A program made the translations under genes and the position numbers. A stretch of DNA of 64,000 nucleotides from Octopus sinensis (lineage: Eukaryota), in the NCBI RefSeq assembly GCF_006345805.1, contig NC_043007.1, positions 72,974,001 to 73,038,000 of the forward strand. Direction: 5' to 3'. Shown here piece by piece: positions 12,771 to 26,544 of the stretch (position 1 is the first letter of the stretch; the number at the start of each line of letters is the position of its first letter). Below the pieces are notes generated by a model, which was not told the DNA's origin, ran no database searches, and was given only the letters and a program-made list of their open reading frames with translations.

Positions 12771-14415
12771 TTTTTTTATGGTTATACCTAGATTTCGAAT
12801 TTATTTAGCAAATAAAGTAATTTGCTAGGCGAAATTCTCATCAGTAACTGCTCTTAAATGTGGTTTTGGTCGTTTTGATTGCTTCTTCTGGCATGTAAAA
12901 CTACCTGTTAAAGGTAGTTACTCTTGTGTTTAAATGTACACTATTTTATATTGAGAATATGTTGTCTATTGACTTTTTATACATGCTAGACCACTGGTAG
13001 TGAAATTTCTAAAAAAATTCGCTACCCTATATATTTTACATATAAATATACATGTATATCTATCTATCTGTATGTGTAAATATAAATATATATGTACATA
13101 TAGTAGCTGGTGTACCTGGTAATTCCCGGGAGTAAAGATGTTCTATTGAAACTTCTTATTACTCTGATATAAGAAAGCAATTTCGTTAAAATTGTCAGCT
13201 GGAGGAGGGAGAAATTGTTGGAGGTTGGCGAGAGTGGTTTTCAGAGGTTGGTGAGAAAGATTATCAGAGGTTGGTGAGAGGCAGAGACATTATTCTGCTT
13301 ACCGAAAGCAGCTGGGAAATGTATAACTATTGTCATTCACAGAAAAACTATTGTTTTACTGTGAGAAAAGCACTGTTGAAGTATTAAGTGAAATTTGGCA
13401 ATCAAGGATCGAATCCATGCTATGCCTGCATGAAGCCACTACAAACACGTTGTGGAATAAAAAATTTATCTGCCGTCATGGAAAAATGTGTAACTGTAAA
13501 AATGCAGAATTATTAGAGTAATGGGCGTTCCAAAAAGTACGTATGTTTAGAAATGTATGAATGAAGTTTTTAATGTTTACGATTCAAGTTAAGAAAGTGC
13601 AATAATAATGTTTAGCAGTTCAAAACTGTGAGTAATGCAGAATTAGGTCCGCTGATCGTGAGAATCAAATATTGATCACTTTGCTAAAATCTGCAGATGG
13701 TATAGGTTATTTCCCTTGGGTTGATTAAATAAAATATTAGTAATATGTAGTAGACACAAGCATCCATTGGAAAGGCCCTATTATCGATATTTTTCAACTA
13801 TCTAAGTATGTCACGAGCTTTCCAGACATGAGTTCTACTCACATGTGAAATAAAGTATAAAAGTGATATTGTCTGCAAAAATTAGCAATAGGACACACCA
13901 AAAAATCAATATTCAAAGTAATCAAACATAAACAATGAAATAAGTTATTTCCCTTGGGTGGTTAAAAAAAAATCACTTATATGAGGTAGATATAAAGGTC
14001 CCTTCCAGGGGCTGTATTATTGATTTTTCAACAACTTAAGTATGTCACGAGATTTCCAGACATGAGTTCTAATCCTGTGTCAAGTTTTATCAAAATCAAT
14101 TAAACAATGTAGGAGGAGTTAGCTAACAATGCCACAAACAAGCACATACCGATTTTCCACATTTGTAGTAGATATACATATATATGTATATTTATATATA
14201 CGCATGTCAGAAACACAGTTGTAAGATGCATTACGGATCTATAGCAATTGGAAGGATGTGACCCAACTCAAATAAACATTAACAACTGTGTGATGTGAGG
14301 GCTAAGGAGAAATGAAAGTGTCACCTCTGGAGTTTGCAAATGACCACTATACTGATAGGTAACTGGACAGAATAAATTTACAATCTATAAATGTCTTTGA
14401 ATAACCAATAAAATG

Positions 14416-15053
14416 ACTAAATTGTGGGTGTTAAGTCCCCATGAAGGGGAGTTTCTAACTTGTAAGAAGATGAAATTTTATAAATATTACTGCATTTGTG
14501 TCTAATATCTATGGTTAAAATGTCATCAACAGCAAAAATATATGAATTGTCATGGGGGTTATGGCCCTTATGCATAGAATATGATTTCCAAATTTCATAA
14601 AGATCCATTCAGTACTTTTGACCTAGTTTTGGATCATAAAAGAAATCACTAAAATTTTGGAGTTAAGACCCCCATTAGGGTGTCTTAGAATCCTCATGAG
14701 AAGTGGAAACTTTGAGAATTGTTCTTGATGTGTATCAATTACCTGTGGTTGAAATTTTATAAACATCGAAAATTTATGAATTTTCATGGGGGTTCTGCCC
14801 CATTTAAGCCATCTGAAATTCAAACCAAACATATTGCATTATACCCGCCCTGATGCATTGAATCTAAGTTCCAAATATCATAAGGATCCATGCAGTAATT
14901 TTGGTCCATGAAATTGTATGAAACACACAGAATTACCCTTCTCCCTAGGCTTGGATTTTGTGTTCTAAATTTCATTGGGATCGGTGCAGCAGTTTTTGAA
15001 TGTATAAGTAACACACGAACACACAAAAAGGCATTGTCTTTTATATAATAGAT
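14416..15053 (-). mobile_element. Possible decayed non-autonomous Helitron-like element; a similar terminus occurs at ~14173 and ~60430
   Basis: Ends in ttttatataatagat, i.e. minus-strand 5' ATCTATTATATAAAA as in the clearer Helitrons; the 3' end is poorly defined. Confidence 0.35.
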
Positions 15054-15108
15054 ATGAATATGCACATATACATACATGTATATATATATGTGTGTGTTTC
15101 TGTGTGAG

Positions 15109-15146
<38 letters not shown>

Positions 15147-15158
15147 TTGTGTGTGAGT

Positions 15159-15203
<45 letters not shown>

Positions 15204-15583
15204 TGTGTGTGTGTGTATGTATGTATACACACATGCACACACACACAAAGATAAATTGATAGATACAACTGAGTAGGCAAACAGAAATATCAAACACTGT
15301 CTAGTGCTTTTTTTATTTTGATAAGCCTGGTACTTATTCTATCAGTTTCTGTTTGTAAGATCCACTGTCAAGGCTTTGGTTGGTCTGAAGCTATAGCAGA
15401 AGACACATGCGAAGCCACCACACAGTGGGACGGAAGCCAGGACCATGTGTTTTGGAACCAAGTTTGTTACCACACAGCCACACCTGCATCTATGTATATG
15501 TGTGTGTATGGGTGTATATATAGGTATGCATGTATATATGTGTATACATATTACTTGTACATCTATCTATCTATCTATCTATC

Positions 15584-15617
<34 letters not shown>

Positions 15618-15619
15618 AT

Positions 15620-16524
15620 ATAGGGATAAATATTTTATATATAAAGAACGTGAAATACAGGAAGAGACAAACACGGAACACAGACAAATCATTCGAAGCC
15701 TTCAATCTTCAGTCAGACACCGAATCATCATCGCAAATTTCGGCTGTTCAATTCTGATATTTGCTCCAACTCGGCCAGCCCCAAGAAAAAAAAAAAAACT
15801 AAGCTGCAGGCATTAGATTTCTTGGTAGAAGACAAGAATGTAAATGCACGAGACGGATGTAAATACGAGAGACGAAAACGAAATTGAAAACGGTAATGGT
15901 TAAACAAAATATATATAACGGTGGTTGTCTTACGACTTTAGACCAAATGAGACAAAAACAACAACAACATAGCTGCTGGCGTAGAAATAATTACCTTTTC
16001 GGTAGAGGGGACACATACACATGTTAGCGAGATACGATCGCCAACGAAATGGTTGAGAAGCAGCAGGTTGCAGGGGAGAGAGAGAAAGAGAGACAGAGAG
16101 ACAGAGAGAGAGGGAATCAAAGAGGGTGGAAAGCAGGGGACAGAATTAGTCAGTGACCAAGAGAAAAGAGAAAGAAGGGATTGAGGAGGATGGGAGGAAG
16201 AGGGGGAAGAAACGAGGGCGCCAAAATAGTTTGGTCAAGAAGCAATGGTGGATAGGAAAGAGAAAGTATATAGAAGTCGTGCAGGGTTTAAAATTGGATA
16301 AACAAACGGGGGGGGGGGTGCACGTAACGCCGCAATAATATAGGGATAAATATTTTATATATAAAGAACGTGAAATATATAACGGTGGTTGTCTTACGAC
16401 TTTAGAATTGAAGGCTTCGAATGATTTGTCTGTGTTCCGTGTTTGTCTCTTCCTGTATTTCACGTTCTTTATATATAAAATATTTATCCCTATATTATTG
16501 CGGCGTTACGTGCACCCCCCCCCC

Positions 16525-16530
<6 letters not shown>
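15620..16530. repeat. Rearranged repeat mosaic with nested inverted and direct segment duplications between (TA)n arrays
   Basis: 15621-15706 is inverted at 16407-16492; 16304-16377 is inverted at 16456-16528; 15911-15941 is repeated at 16376-16406. Confidence 0.75.
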
Positions 16531-16601
<71 letters not shown>

Positions 16602-16963
16602 TCTATATGTATATACATACATCTATACATATACAGCTAGCCGAAATTGCGAGGATGATCCAGTTCTTGACTGAAGATAAAAGGCTCCGAATGACCCATC
16701 TGTTTTTTTTTGTATCGTCTATCTGGATGTTTTGCGTTCTTGTCCCATTTTGTATTTTATTTTATATATACATGTATATATATATACATTCGTGCAGATG
16801 TATACATACATATATCTATATATACATTATATATTAGTTTCAGTATTAAAGTGAAACTATTAAAGTGAAAGTATTTGACATTACAATAGAAAGATGTTAT
16901 TGTTTCACTTTTGACTCGTAATACTGAAATAGTGGAGGTATACACAAACTTATACAATACCTA

Positions 16964-18261
16964 CGAGGGGCGTTCAATAAGTAATGCCCCTGACCCACTT
17001 GCAGTTGTTTGATCTAGCTGAAATTTTGCATGTGCAATTATTTATATCTCTATAGATTAAGTGGCAAATTACAGCTCTGAACTAATTGTGGTTTCCGATT
17101 CTGATTTACAGGTGTTTGAACTGAGTCAAGTGTGAAATGGAGCATGTTGAGTGTCGAGCAGTGATCCGGTTTTTGTATTTGAAAGGACGCACACCACGGG
17201 AGACTTTTGATGAAATGAAAGTAACTTATGGTGATGATGCCCCATCATATGACCTTGTAAAACGCTGGCATCGTGAATTCAAACATGGTCGGAACTCTGT
17301 GGAAACAGCTCCCAGATCTGGTCGCCCCCTTCTGCCATTGATGAGGCAACTGTCTGTCAAGTTGAGGCTGCCATTTTGGAAGATCGACGCATAACTATTC
17401 GCCAAATAGCCCATGAGGTCAAGATTAGTACCGGGTCTGTGGAAACTATCATTCATGACCATTTGCATATGCAAAAGGTGTCTGCCAGATGGATTCCCAG
17501 GTTGCTCACACCTTTCCAGAAGCAAGAACGCGTCGATTGCTCGAGGATGAATTTGGAGATGTGCCAAGAAGATGAGTCAAAATTTTTCAAAAGACTGATT
17601 GCATAGGATAAAACCTGGGTCCATCACTATGATCCAGAGACCAAAGCCCAGTCAATGCAGTGGAAGCACCGTGACTCACCTCCTCCAAAGAAGGCAAGGG
17701 TGCAGCCCTCCGCTGGCAAGGTCATGCTTACAGTCTTCTGGGACCAGGACGGAGTAGTGAAGACAGATTTCCTGGCAAAGGCTGCCACAATTACAGGAGC
17801 CTATTATGCTTCACTTTTGAGGAAATTAAGAGAAGCTATCAAAATCAAGAGGCGGGGCAAGATCAGCAAAGGCATCCTCCTCCTGCAGGACAACACTCCG
17901 ATCCACAACTCGCGTGTCGCCAGATCAGAAGCACAGGCGTGCGGCTATGAACTCATCCCCCATCCCCCCTACTCTCCTGACCTTGCACCCTCTGATTTTC
18001 ACCTCTTCCCAGCCATGAAGTTGTTTTTGAAAGGAAAGCGTTTCCCAGATGATGCAGCCTTGATTTCTGAAGTCACGTCATGGTTGGAGGACCAAGCTGG
18101 GGTCTTCTACAAAAACGGTCTTCAGAGCTGCATCAAACGATGGGAGAAATGCGTAACTCTGGGTGGTTCCTATGTAGAAAAAGACTAATAACTGTTCCAA
18201 GTTTCGTTGCTCTACTGCAATGGGAAGTGGGTCAGGGGGATTACTTATTGAACGCCCCTCG
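16964..18261 (+). mobile_element. Full-length mariner (DD34D) DNA transposon, 1298 bp
   Basis: TIRs cgaggggcgttcaataagtaat(g/c)cccctgacccactt, TA duplication at 16962-63 and 18262-63, internal transposase. Confidence 0.95.
17137..18188 (+). pseudogene. Mariner transposase with a frameshift (~17330) and an in-frame stop (17604-17606)
   Basis: Motifs WIPRLLT, DKTWVHHYDPETK, LQDNTPIH, HPPYSPDLAPSDFHLF across three ORF pieces. Confidence 0.92.
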
Positions 18262-18263
18262 TA

Positions 18264-18493
18264 TTTCTTTACAACCCACAAGGGACTAAACACAGAGAGG
18301 ACAAACAAGGACAGACAAACAGATTAAGTCCATTATATCGACCCCAGTGCGTAACTGGTACTTATTTAATCAACCCTGAAAGGATGAAAGGCAAAGTCGA
18401 CCTCGGCGGAATTTGAACGCAGAACATAGCAGCAGACGAAATACTGTTAAGCATTTTGCCCGACGTGCTAACGCTTCTGCCAGCTCGCCGCCT
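18264..18493 (-). mobile_element. tRNA-derived SINE, family B (MetaSINE-like central domain)
   Basis: Central gtcgactttgcctttcatcctttc..ggtcgat..aagtacc resembles the Meta domain; copies at 38080-38310, 44060-44287, 60455-60683 and 39590-40388 (interrupted). Confidence 0.8.
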
Positions 18494-19397
18494 TGATACA
18501 ATACCACCTCATACATTCACAGTACAACATAAAACATGTACATTGGTCCACCAAGCTGTCTAAAACTATATACATCTGAGCTATAATGAACTATTTGTGA
18601 ACTTACCAAAGACTTTTCAACACATATCACCAATGACGCAGTTTTGTTCTTCACAGTATTCCTTCGAACTTTACATAACAGACTTGAACATTTTGCTTAT
18701 TTCTATGTGCTCATATTCTGTTTACCCTTACCATGATTTGTCCTTTCATTTCAGTTTCTCATATTTTGTTATATTGCATCCTTCTGCTTGTATTCCATGT
18801 TCTTACTTGCTTTTTGCACTGCATATTTACATACGCCATCTGTATTTTTTTCCGACTCTTTCAAGTCTAGCAGGAGGCTATGTAGCAGAGCTACATGTTA
18901 CATAGTAATATGTGAGTTGACCCGCATAGCAGACGAATATATCGATGAGGCATCTAGCCTCGCTTTTTGATACAGTAGCCTCATTCTGAGTTACACTGTA
19001 GAAACTCTCAGTTCCTGCTAGGCTTCAGTCAAAAACATAAGTCTTCTCTCCTGCTCTACATGTAATCTCCCAGATCAACTCACATGTCTATTCACCTCAA
19101 CACAAGATATGTGGTTCATAAATGAAGATACTTTATCATACGCACATTCTCAAAATGACTGTTCTCTTTACACACATGCACACATACTGCAATACAAATA
19201 TTATACGTTACTTCTTTCAGTGCAAAAGCAAAAATCAAAACTTTCTTTGTATGTAAACACACGTTTTTATATCATACTACATGCTTCTATCACAAAAGGT
19301 GAACACAAAATAAACAATATATTTATACACAAAAATGTCTTATGGTGATTCATACTGTTTTTCCATTTGATAACATGCACTTGAACAGCCGACAGCT

Positions 19398-19810
19398 ACT
19401 ATATATGTATCGGAAATCCTGGAAGGCTTGGTACCAAACTCTTGCATTAAGAGCTTTACTAACCCCCAAACTGGATGTTACTGAACTGTTCTAAAGCTCT
19501 CAGCCACACTGTCTAGAGTGAGGACCATGTACTATAGTAGGATTCAAGGGCCCACAGTTATTTAATGCCTTGCCAAAATATCTGAGGGATCTTCATGGAG
19601 TGGGGGTGGACATTTTCAAGAAACAACTTGATCTCCTGCTGTCCAAGGTCCCAGATGAAGCTGTATCAAGGCAAGAAACTCAAAGGAAAGCAGCTGTGTT
19701 GAACTCCCTCTTTCACCAAAAACAATCACAGAAGAATGGTCACTGAAAAGGTGACCTCACTGGTGGTGCTCCCGCATGACCACAGCTTTTGGGCTGAAAC
19801 ATGTAAAAGA
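19398..19810 (+). mobile_element. 3' fragment of the CR1/L2-group LINE with tail
   Basis: Encodes decayed 'ILEGLVPN' and 'GPQLFNALPK'; tail cagcttttgggctgaaac. Confidence 0.75.
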
Positions 19811-20050
19811 GATAAAAGAAAAAATATATATGTATGTGTAAAAATACGGTGTGTGTGTGTGTGTGTGTGCATTGATGTCACGTTTCCAGACTGTGAGGAA
19901 ACTAATTAGGTTTTTTTTCTTCCCCAAAGTAACTGTAAAACTGAAACCACAGCCACGTTCGTTTTATTTGTTGACTTAAGTGTTTGACAAACCAACGAAA
20001 GGCCCTCTTCCTGCGTAATCGCTTGACCCGCTAGAAAAGGCAGCCAATTT

Positions 20051-20482
20051 GGATCTTTTCGATTTGAACGGCAGTTTTTTCTAGCGGTGTCATATGAAAT
20101 TGTCACCCATAATTATGACCCTAGTATCGATCTATTGCATTTCAATCTGTTTTAGGGTTAGGGTTAGTGAGGGTTAGTTAGGGTTAGGAGGAAAGGAATC
20201 TGGATTTTTTTTTTCTTCAGAAATGTAAATAAACCCAATCTTTTTCTTAAACGAGGGACATATTTATACGGCACAAAATGTTTTCACCTCAATAGACGTC
20301 ATTGAAATTGCACAAATAGAAGAAAAAAAAACAACAAATATCCTACAAACTATAGAATTTTCTCAATAAAGCCAAAAGAAAAAGATGTTTTATAAACACA
20401 TTCTACCAGTATACGAAGTTTAAAAGTGTTTAGTTACGTGGAAATTATTTAAAAAAAACTGCCGTTCAAACCGAAAATATCC
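20051..20482. mobile_element. MITE with GG...CC TIRs, 8-bp TSD and internal TTAGGG repeats (Merlin/MULE-like)
   Basis: TIR ggatcttttcgatttgaacggcagttttt / aaaaactgccgttcaaaccgaaaatatcc; perfect TSD gccaattt (20043-50, 20483-90). Confidence 0.85.
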
Positions 20483-20825
20483 GCCAATTTTCATTAAATC
20501 ACTGCTTATCGCCTTGGATAAGGACATGAGGGAAAAGTGCTTTGAGGCTTCCTGTACAGAGGAAAAGACGGGATAGTCACAGTTGGGGTGCATTTAGTTG
20601 GTTATAAGTCTACTTCAGTAGGCCTGGCCTAGCATAACAAATTCTGGTTGTGGTGATGCTCTGATAATCCAACAGGTGTCAATACAAGATGATGAGTGAT
20701 GCTTTATTGAACTTCGATTTACCACTAACGGTTATTGAATAGTCTCAATGAGCACATAATATATAAAATTATACGTCGACTAATTTAATTACAGTATAAT
20801 CTAATTATAGTATAATTAAATATTA

Positions 20826-20909
20826 GGCAGAGGTAAAGAATACGCACACCACCCGTTTTCAGCGTAACCCTAACCCTAAACACGGGTGGGCGTATTCTTT
20901 ACCTTCGCC
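20826..20909. mobile_element. 84-bp mini-MITE with a CCCTAA core
   Basis: TIR ggcagaggtaaagaatacgc / gcgtattctttaccttcgcc; flanks taaatatta / aaaatatta (9-bp TSD, 1 mismatch). Confidence 0.7.
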
Positions 20910-21030
20910 AAAATATTACTTGCATGTAGATTATAGTTAACTGTATTACTATTAACTTTTTTCCCCTCAGAAAATATCACTTTTATTAATATTTAGCAGA
21001 AGGAATTATAAATTTAAATTTTAGAACATA

Positions 21031-21539
21031 CTAGCAGTATCGCCCGGCGTTGCTCGGGTTTGTAAGGGAAATAACTACATAAGCATTTTTAGAGAGTTAC
21101 TTCCCTTATAGTTGCCAATTCGGGCTTTCTTAGCCATTTCTGTTTTGGTGTCTTCAAGCCATGAAGTTGTTCTAAAAGAACGCTGGTCTCCTTGACAACG
21201 CTTTACGACGTTGATTTCCTTACACTCCCTTCCCCACAGCTTCACGAGGGAGGGAAGAAGGGGAGAAGCAAACAGGTGCAGGTGTGACCATGGACGCCAA
21301 CTCCGCCGCCATCGACAGACGAAAAATTATGCATTACAATAGAATAAAAAATGATGTTAAATTATTTTTAAAATCGTAGACTCATCGTAGACGCGCGCTA
21401 ATACTCAGACGGGCTCGATATGAATCACGACTATAAGATACCCGAATTTGGTTAAACTGCACCGCAAAATGTGGGAGTAGTTAGGAATCTAAATCGAAGG
21501 GGACAGACACTCACACAACTACAGTTTTATATATATAGA
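21031..21539 (-). mobile_element. Non-autonomous Helitron, same family as 9803-10189
   Basis: Minus strand A|TC...cccgagcaacgccgggcgatactgCTAG|T. Confidence 0.85.
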
Positions 21540-21944
21540 TTTCTTACCAGATTTTCCACCTCAATATTGGTTTGACAAAAGAAAGACAGAGAAAAGGGGG
21601 AAAAAAGGAACAAAACCAAAAAGAAAAGAAAAAGCGGAACAAAAACAAAACAAAAAATAGAGAAAAGGCAAAGAGAAAAAAAAGAAAACAAATATAGATT
21701 TATATAGAATGGTTAAACAAGTTGAGTTCGTAGAAATAAATCGCTGCTAATTCATTTTATGACTCATATTTATAAACATAAATGATAAAATAAATTATGT
21801 CGGTTTGAAAGGAAAAATCAACTTGAAAACACAAATGTCATAAAAAAACAGTTTGTTCAAAAGATGAAGCAGAAATACCTGGATAATAAGATAAAAATAC
21901 ATTAATTGCCAAATTGAAATTGTTGCATTAATTGTCACACTTAC

Positions 21945-22007
21945 ATTATCTGCCAGGTTGCAAATAAACAACAGTGCCAGGATAACTACCGTTGAAAATC
22001 GTTCCAT
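21945..22007 (-). CDS. First coding exon of a secreted or type-I membrane protein (signal peptide MERFSTVVILALLFICNLADN)
   Basis: ATG at 22007, charged n-region and hydrophobic h-region, ends at a perfect donor AAT|GTAAGT (phase 0); non-repeat sequence. Confidence 0.65.
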
Positions 22008-22053
22008 AGTGTCTTTCTGTAACAAATTTAGTCGAGATTGAAATATCGATGCA

Positions 22054-22409
22054 GTAAATAAGAATAGCTTTAGTCAGATCATTGTCAAGGTAATAACAAT
22101 TCCAACAGCAACATCATTATATTGGTGTCTGTCAATGTAATGATACGGTAAATAAAAATAGCTTTAGTCAGATCATTGTCAAGATAATAACAATTCCAAC
22201 AGCAACATCATTATATTGGTGTCTGTCAATGTAATGATACGGTAAATAAGAATAGCTTTAGTCAGATCATTGTCAAGATAATAACAATTCCAACAGCAAC
22301 ATCATTATATTGGTGTCTGTCAATGTAATGATACGGTAAATAAGAATAGCTTTAGTCAGATCATTGTCAAGATAATAACAACTCCATAACATCATTATAT
22401 CGGCGTCTG
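22054..22409. repeat. 94-bp tandem repeat, ~3.7 near-identical copies, directly upstream of the signal-peptide ATG
   Basis: aatagctttagtcagatc recurs at 22063, 22157, 22251 and 22345 (period 94). Confidence 0.95.
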
Positions 22410-22499
22410 CCTTCCGAAATAAACTAGAATCCAAATCTTCAGAATAAATAGACAGAAAAAATGTGCTGCCCACTATGACCCGGATATATACTCTCTCTT

Positions 22500-24163
<1,664 letters not shown>

Positions 24164-24589
24164 ATAAAGAAAATATTTCAAAAGTGCTATTAATATACAC
24201 TTAAAAAAAAAAATGAAAAAAGAAGGTGGTAAAAAAGCGGGGAGCAAGCAGCGGACGATGGAGGAAACGGATGATGAGTCACATATCCTAGAAAAAAATG
24301 GTGAGTACATATATTAATATTATTTGACAAGTTAGCAATATCGTTTTATTCCATAATCCTTTTTCTTTTACTTGCTTTGGTCATTTGACTGCGGCCACGC
24401 TGGCACCGCCTTAAAGGATTTTAGTCGAACAAATTGACCCCAGGACTTATGTTTTAAGCACAGTACTTATTCTAACGTTGTCTTTCCACGAACTGCTAAG
24501 TAACGGAGGCATTAACACACCAACACCGGTTGTCAAGCGGTGATGGGGAGGGGGGGACAAACACAAACATCAAGACACACACACGTATA

Positions 24590-25318
24590 AGTAAGGATCT
24601 AGCTTGACCTTGTCTGAAACCAAATCCGTCCGATTATTGCTTGTCAAAACGAGCGGAAAATCTCTCCACACTCGATGATTGATGAGGAAACACTCGACAC
24701 CACCCCCAGGACCTGTGCTGGTCAAGGAAAGGTCAGTCCTTTGTTTACATTACTGACCATAAGTCTATACAACAGAGAATTTCCTATCTCTTTCTCTTAC
24801 GTGTCAGCTATGACCAAGGAGCAACACCCTCTTTTTTGTGTCAGACAAACCAAGGGGCAGCACCCGCTTTTGCGACAGTCTTTACCAAGAGCAACACTTC
24901 CCTTCGCCCGTCACTCGACACACGAAGAGAAGCTTTCGGCCGCAAGAAAGGCGATGCCACCTTTATCCCTTCTTCCTTTCTAGTCAGCACCGTGCATTCC
25001 CTACTCTTTCGCTCTCTACTGACAGACAACCTTTTTCCACACTATCATCTACTAACAAGCGAGCCAGCCTTGTCACTATCACTAGAATTACTGCTGTAAC
25101 TGTAACTACTTGGCGGGCAAAGGAATAAATCTATGTAAACAATATTTCTTCCTTCTTGATGTTGACTCTTCGATGTTTTTTTGTACTCCGACGCGAGATC
25201 CTTCAAGCGTTACATCTACACGCTACATTTAATAATGGGCTACATCATATCGACCTGATATCACATCTTTCATCCAGCCCGCTACGAAGTTCCTGCAATA
25301 AATCTACGGATATCAACA
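24590..25318 (+). mobile_element. Unclassified repeat, possibly a solo LTR
   Basis: Higher GC, short internal direct repeats (accaagg.gca.cacc), AATAAA near the end, ends in ..aaca; no clear TSD. Confidence 0.25.
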
Positions 25319-25687
25319 GGTAATCGAAATTGTGCCGGTGCTTTACTCAACATCTATTTATACATTTTGTACGATTTCTCCATCATTGTGTATGTATACG
25401 GAAACTGAAAGAAGCCCATCGTATATATGTATATATATATATATATATACGCGTGTGTGTGCTTGTGTGTCTGTGTTTGTCCCCCTAGCATTGCTTGACA
25501 ACCGATGCTGGTGTGTTTATGTCCCCGTTACTTAGCAGTTCGGCAAAAGACACCGATAGAATAAGTACTGGGCTTACAAAAGAATAAGTCCCGGGGTCGA
25601 GTTGCTCGATTAAAGGCGGTGCTCCAGCGTGGCCGCAGTCGAATGACTGAAATAAGTAAAAGAGTAAAAGAGTATATATATATATAT

Positions 25688-26544
25688 GGCATAACTACAG
25701 ATGTGTACCCCAACCCAGCTTTGTTGCCACATAACTTCCAAAATAATAGATATCTTTTAACAAAATAACGTTTCTGCCAACTCGTTGCCTTAGGGGAAGA
25801 AATATATTGAAAAGCATCTATACACACGAGTGTGAGAACGAAACGTGGAGGATTGTCTTGAGATATGCTAGAAATAACAGCCAAATCTCCCTTAAATCAC
25901 ACACTTTTCTCGTCTGAAAATATTTACAATTTTCTGATTTTTTTTTTAAACCGAAAATGCTCCTTACATGGTTTTTTAAGTGCAAAAAAATTGGCCAAAA
26001 TCAGTCTGGAATGGGATGGTGAGGAAAGGGGGAGTGAAAAAAAATTTCAACAAAGCTTCAAGGCTAAAACAAAAGAGAATAAAACGATGCTCCTCCTCCC
26101 ATCATTTTGAAGGCTCTGGAGCAAAAAAGAAAAAAATGGAAAAATTCCCCTCAAAACGGAGAAATTCTATCTTATATGGTCTTCCTGGTCCGAAACGCTG
26201 TTTTTTCGAAACCCGTCTCCCCATCCCCTCGGAAAAGATTTTCCCTGCAAATTTCTTTATAATCGTAATCTATGTCGTTTGAAAAGTATTTGTATAAACA
26301 TTCATTAAAAGATACCCATTTTCTTGAAAGTTGTGAGAGAAAAAAAGTTGGATCGCGTGTATTTTCTAAAACTCCTTTCACCAATCCTTCGAAAAAATTT
26401 TTTACAACATATCCCTATATACTCTGAATCTACAGTATTTAAACGATATTTGTTGAAAAATTCTGTTAAAATTATCCATTTTTCTGGAAGTTATGAGACA
26501 ACTAATTCGAGGTGGGAGTCGAGGCATCTATCTGTAGTTATGCC
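25688..26544. mobile_element. MITE / non-autonomous DNA transposon
   Basis: 15-bp perfect TIR ggcataactacagat / atctgtagttatgcc. Confidence 0.6.

Noticed and set aside
20151-20188. TTAGGG runs as a chromosome end or fusion site
   Set aside because: Short, degenerate and inside a MITE with TIRs and TSD
21549-21560. 12-nt micro-exon (VENL) after a long pyrimidine tract
   Set aside because: It would need a rare GAG acceptor well separated from the pyrimidine tract
22054-22409. Regularly spaced repeats as a CRISPR array
   Set aside because: Whole 94-bp units are identical, with no unique spacers
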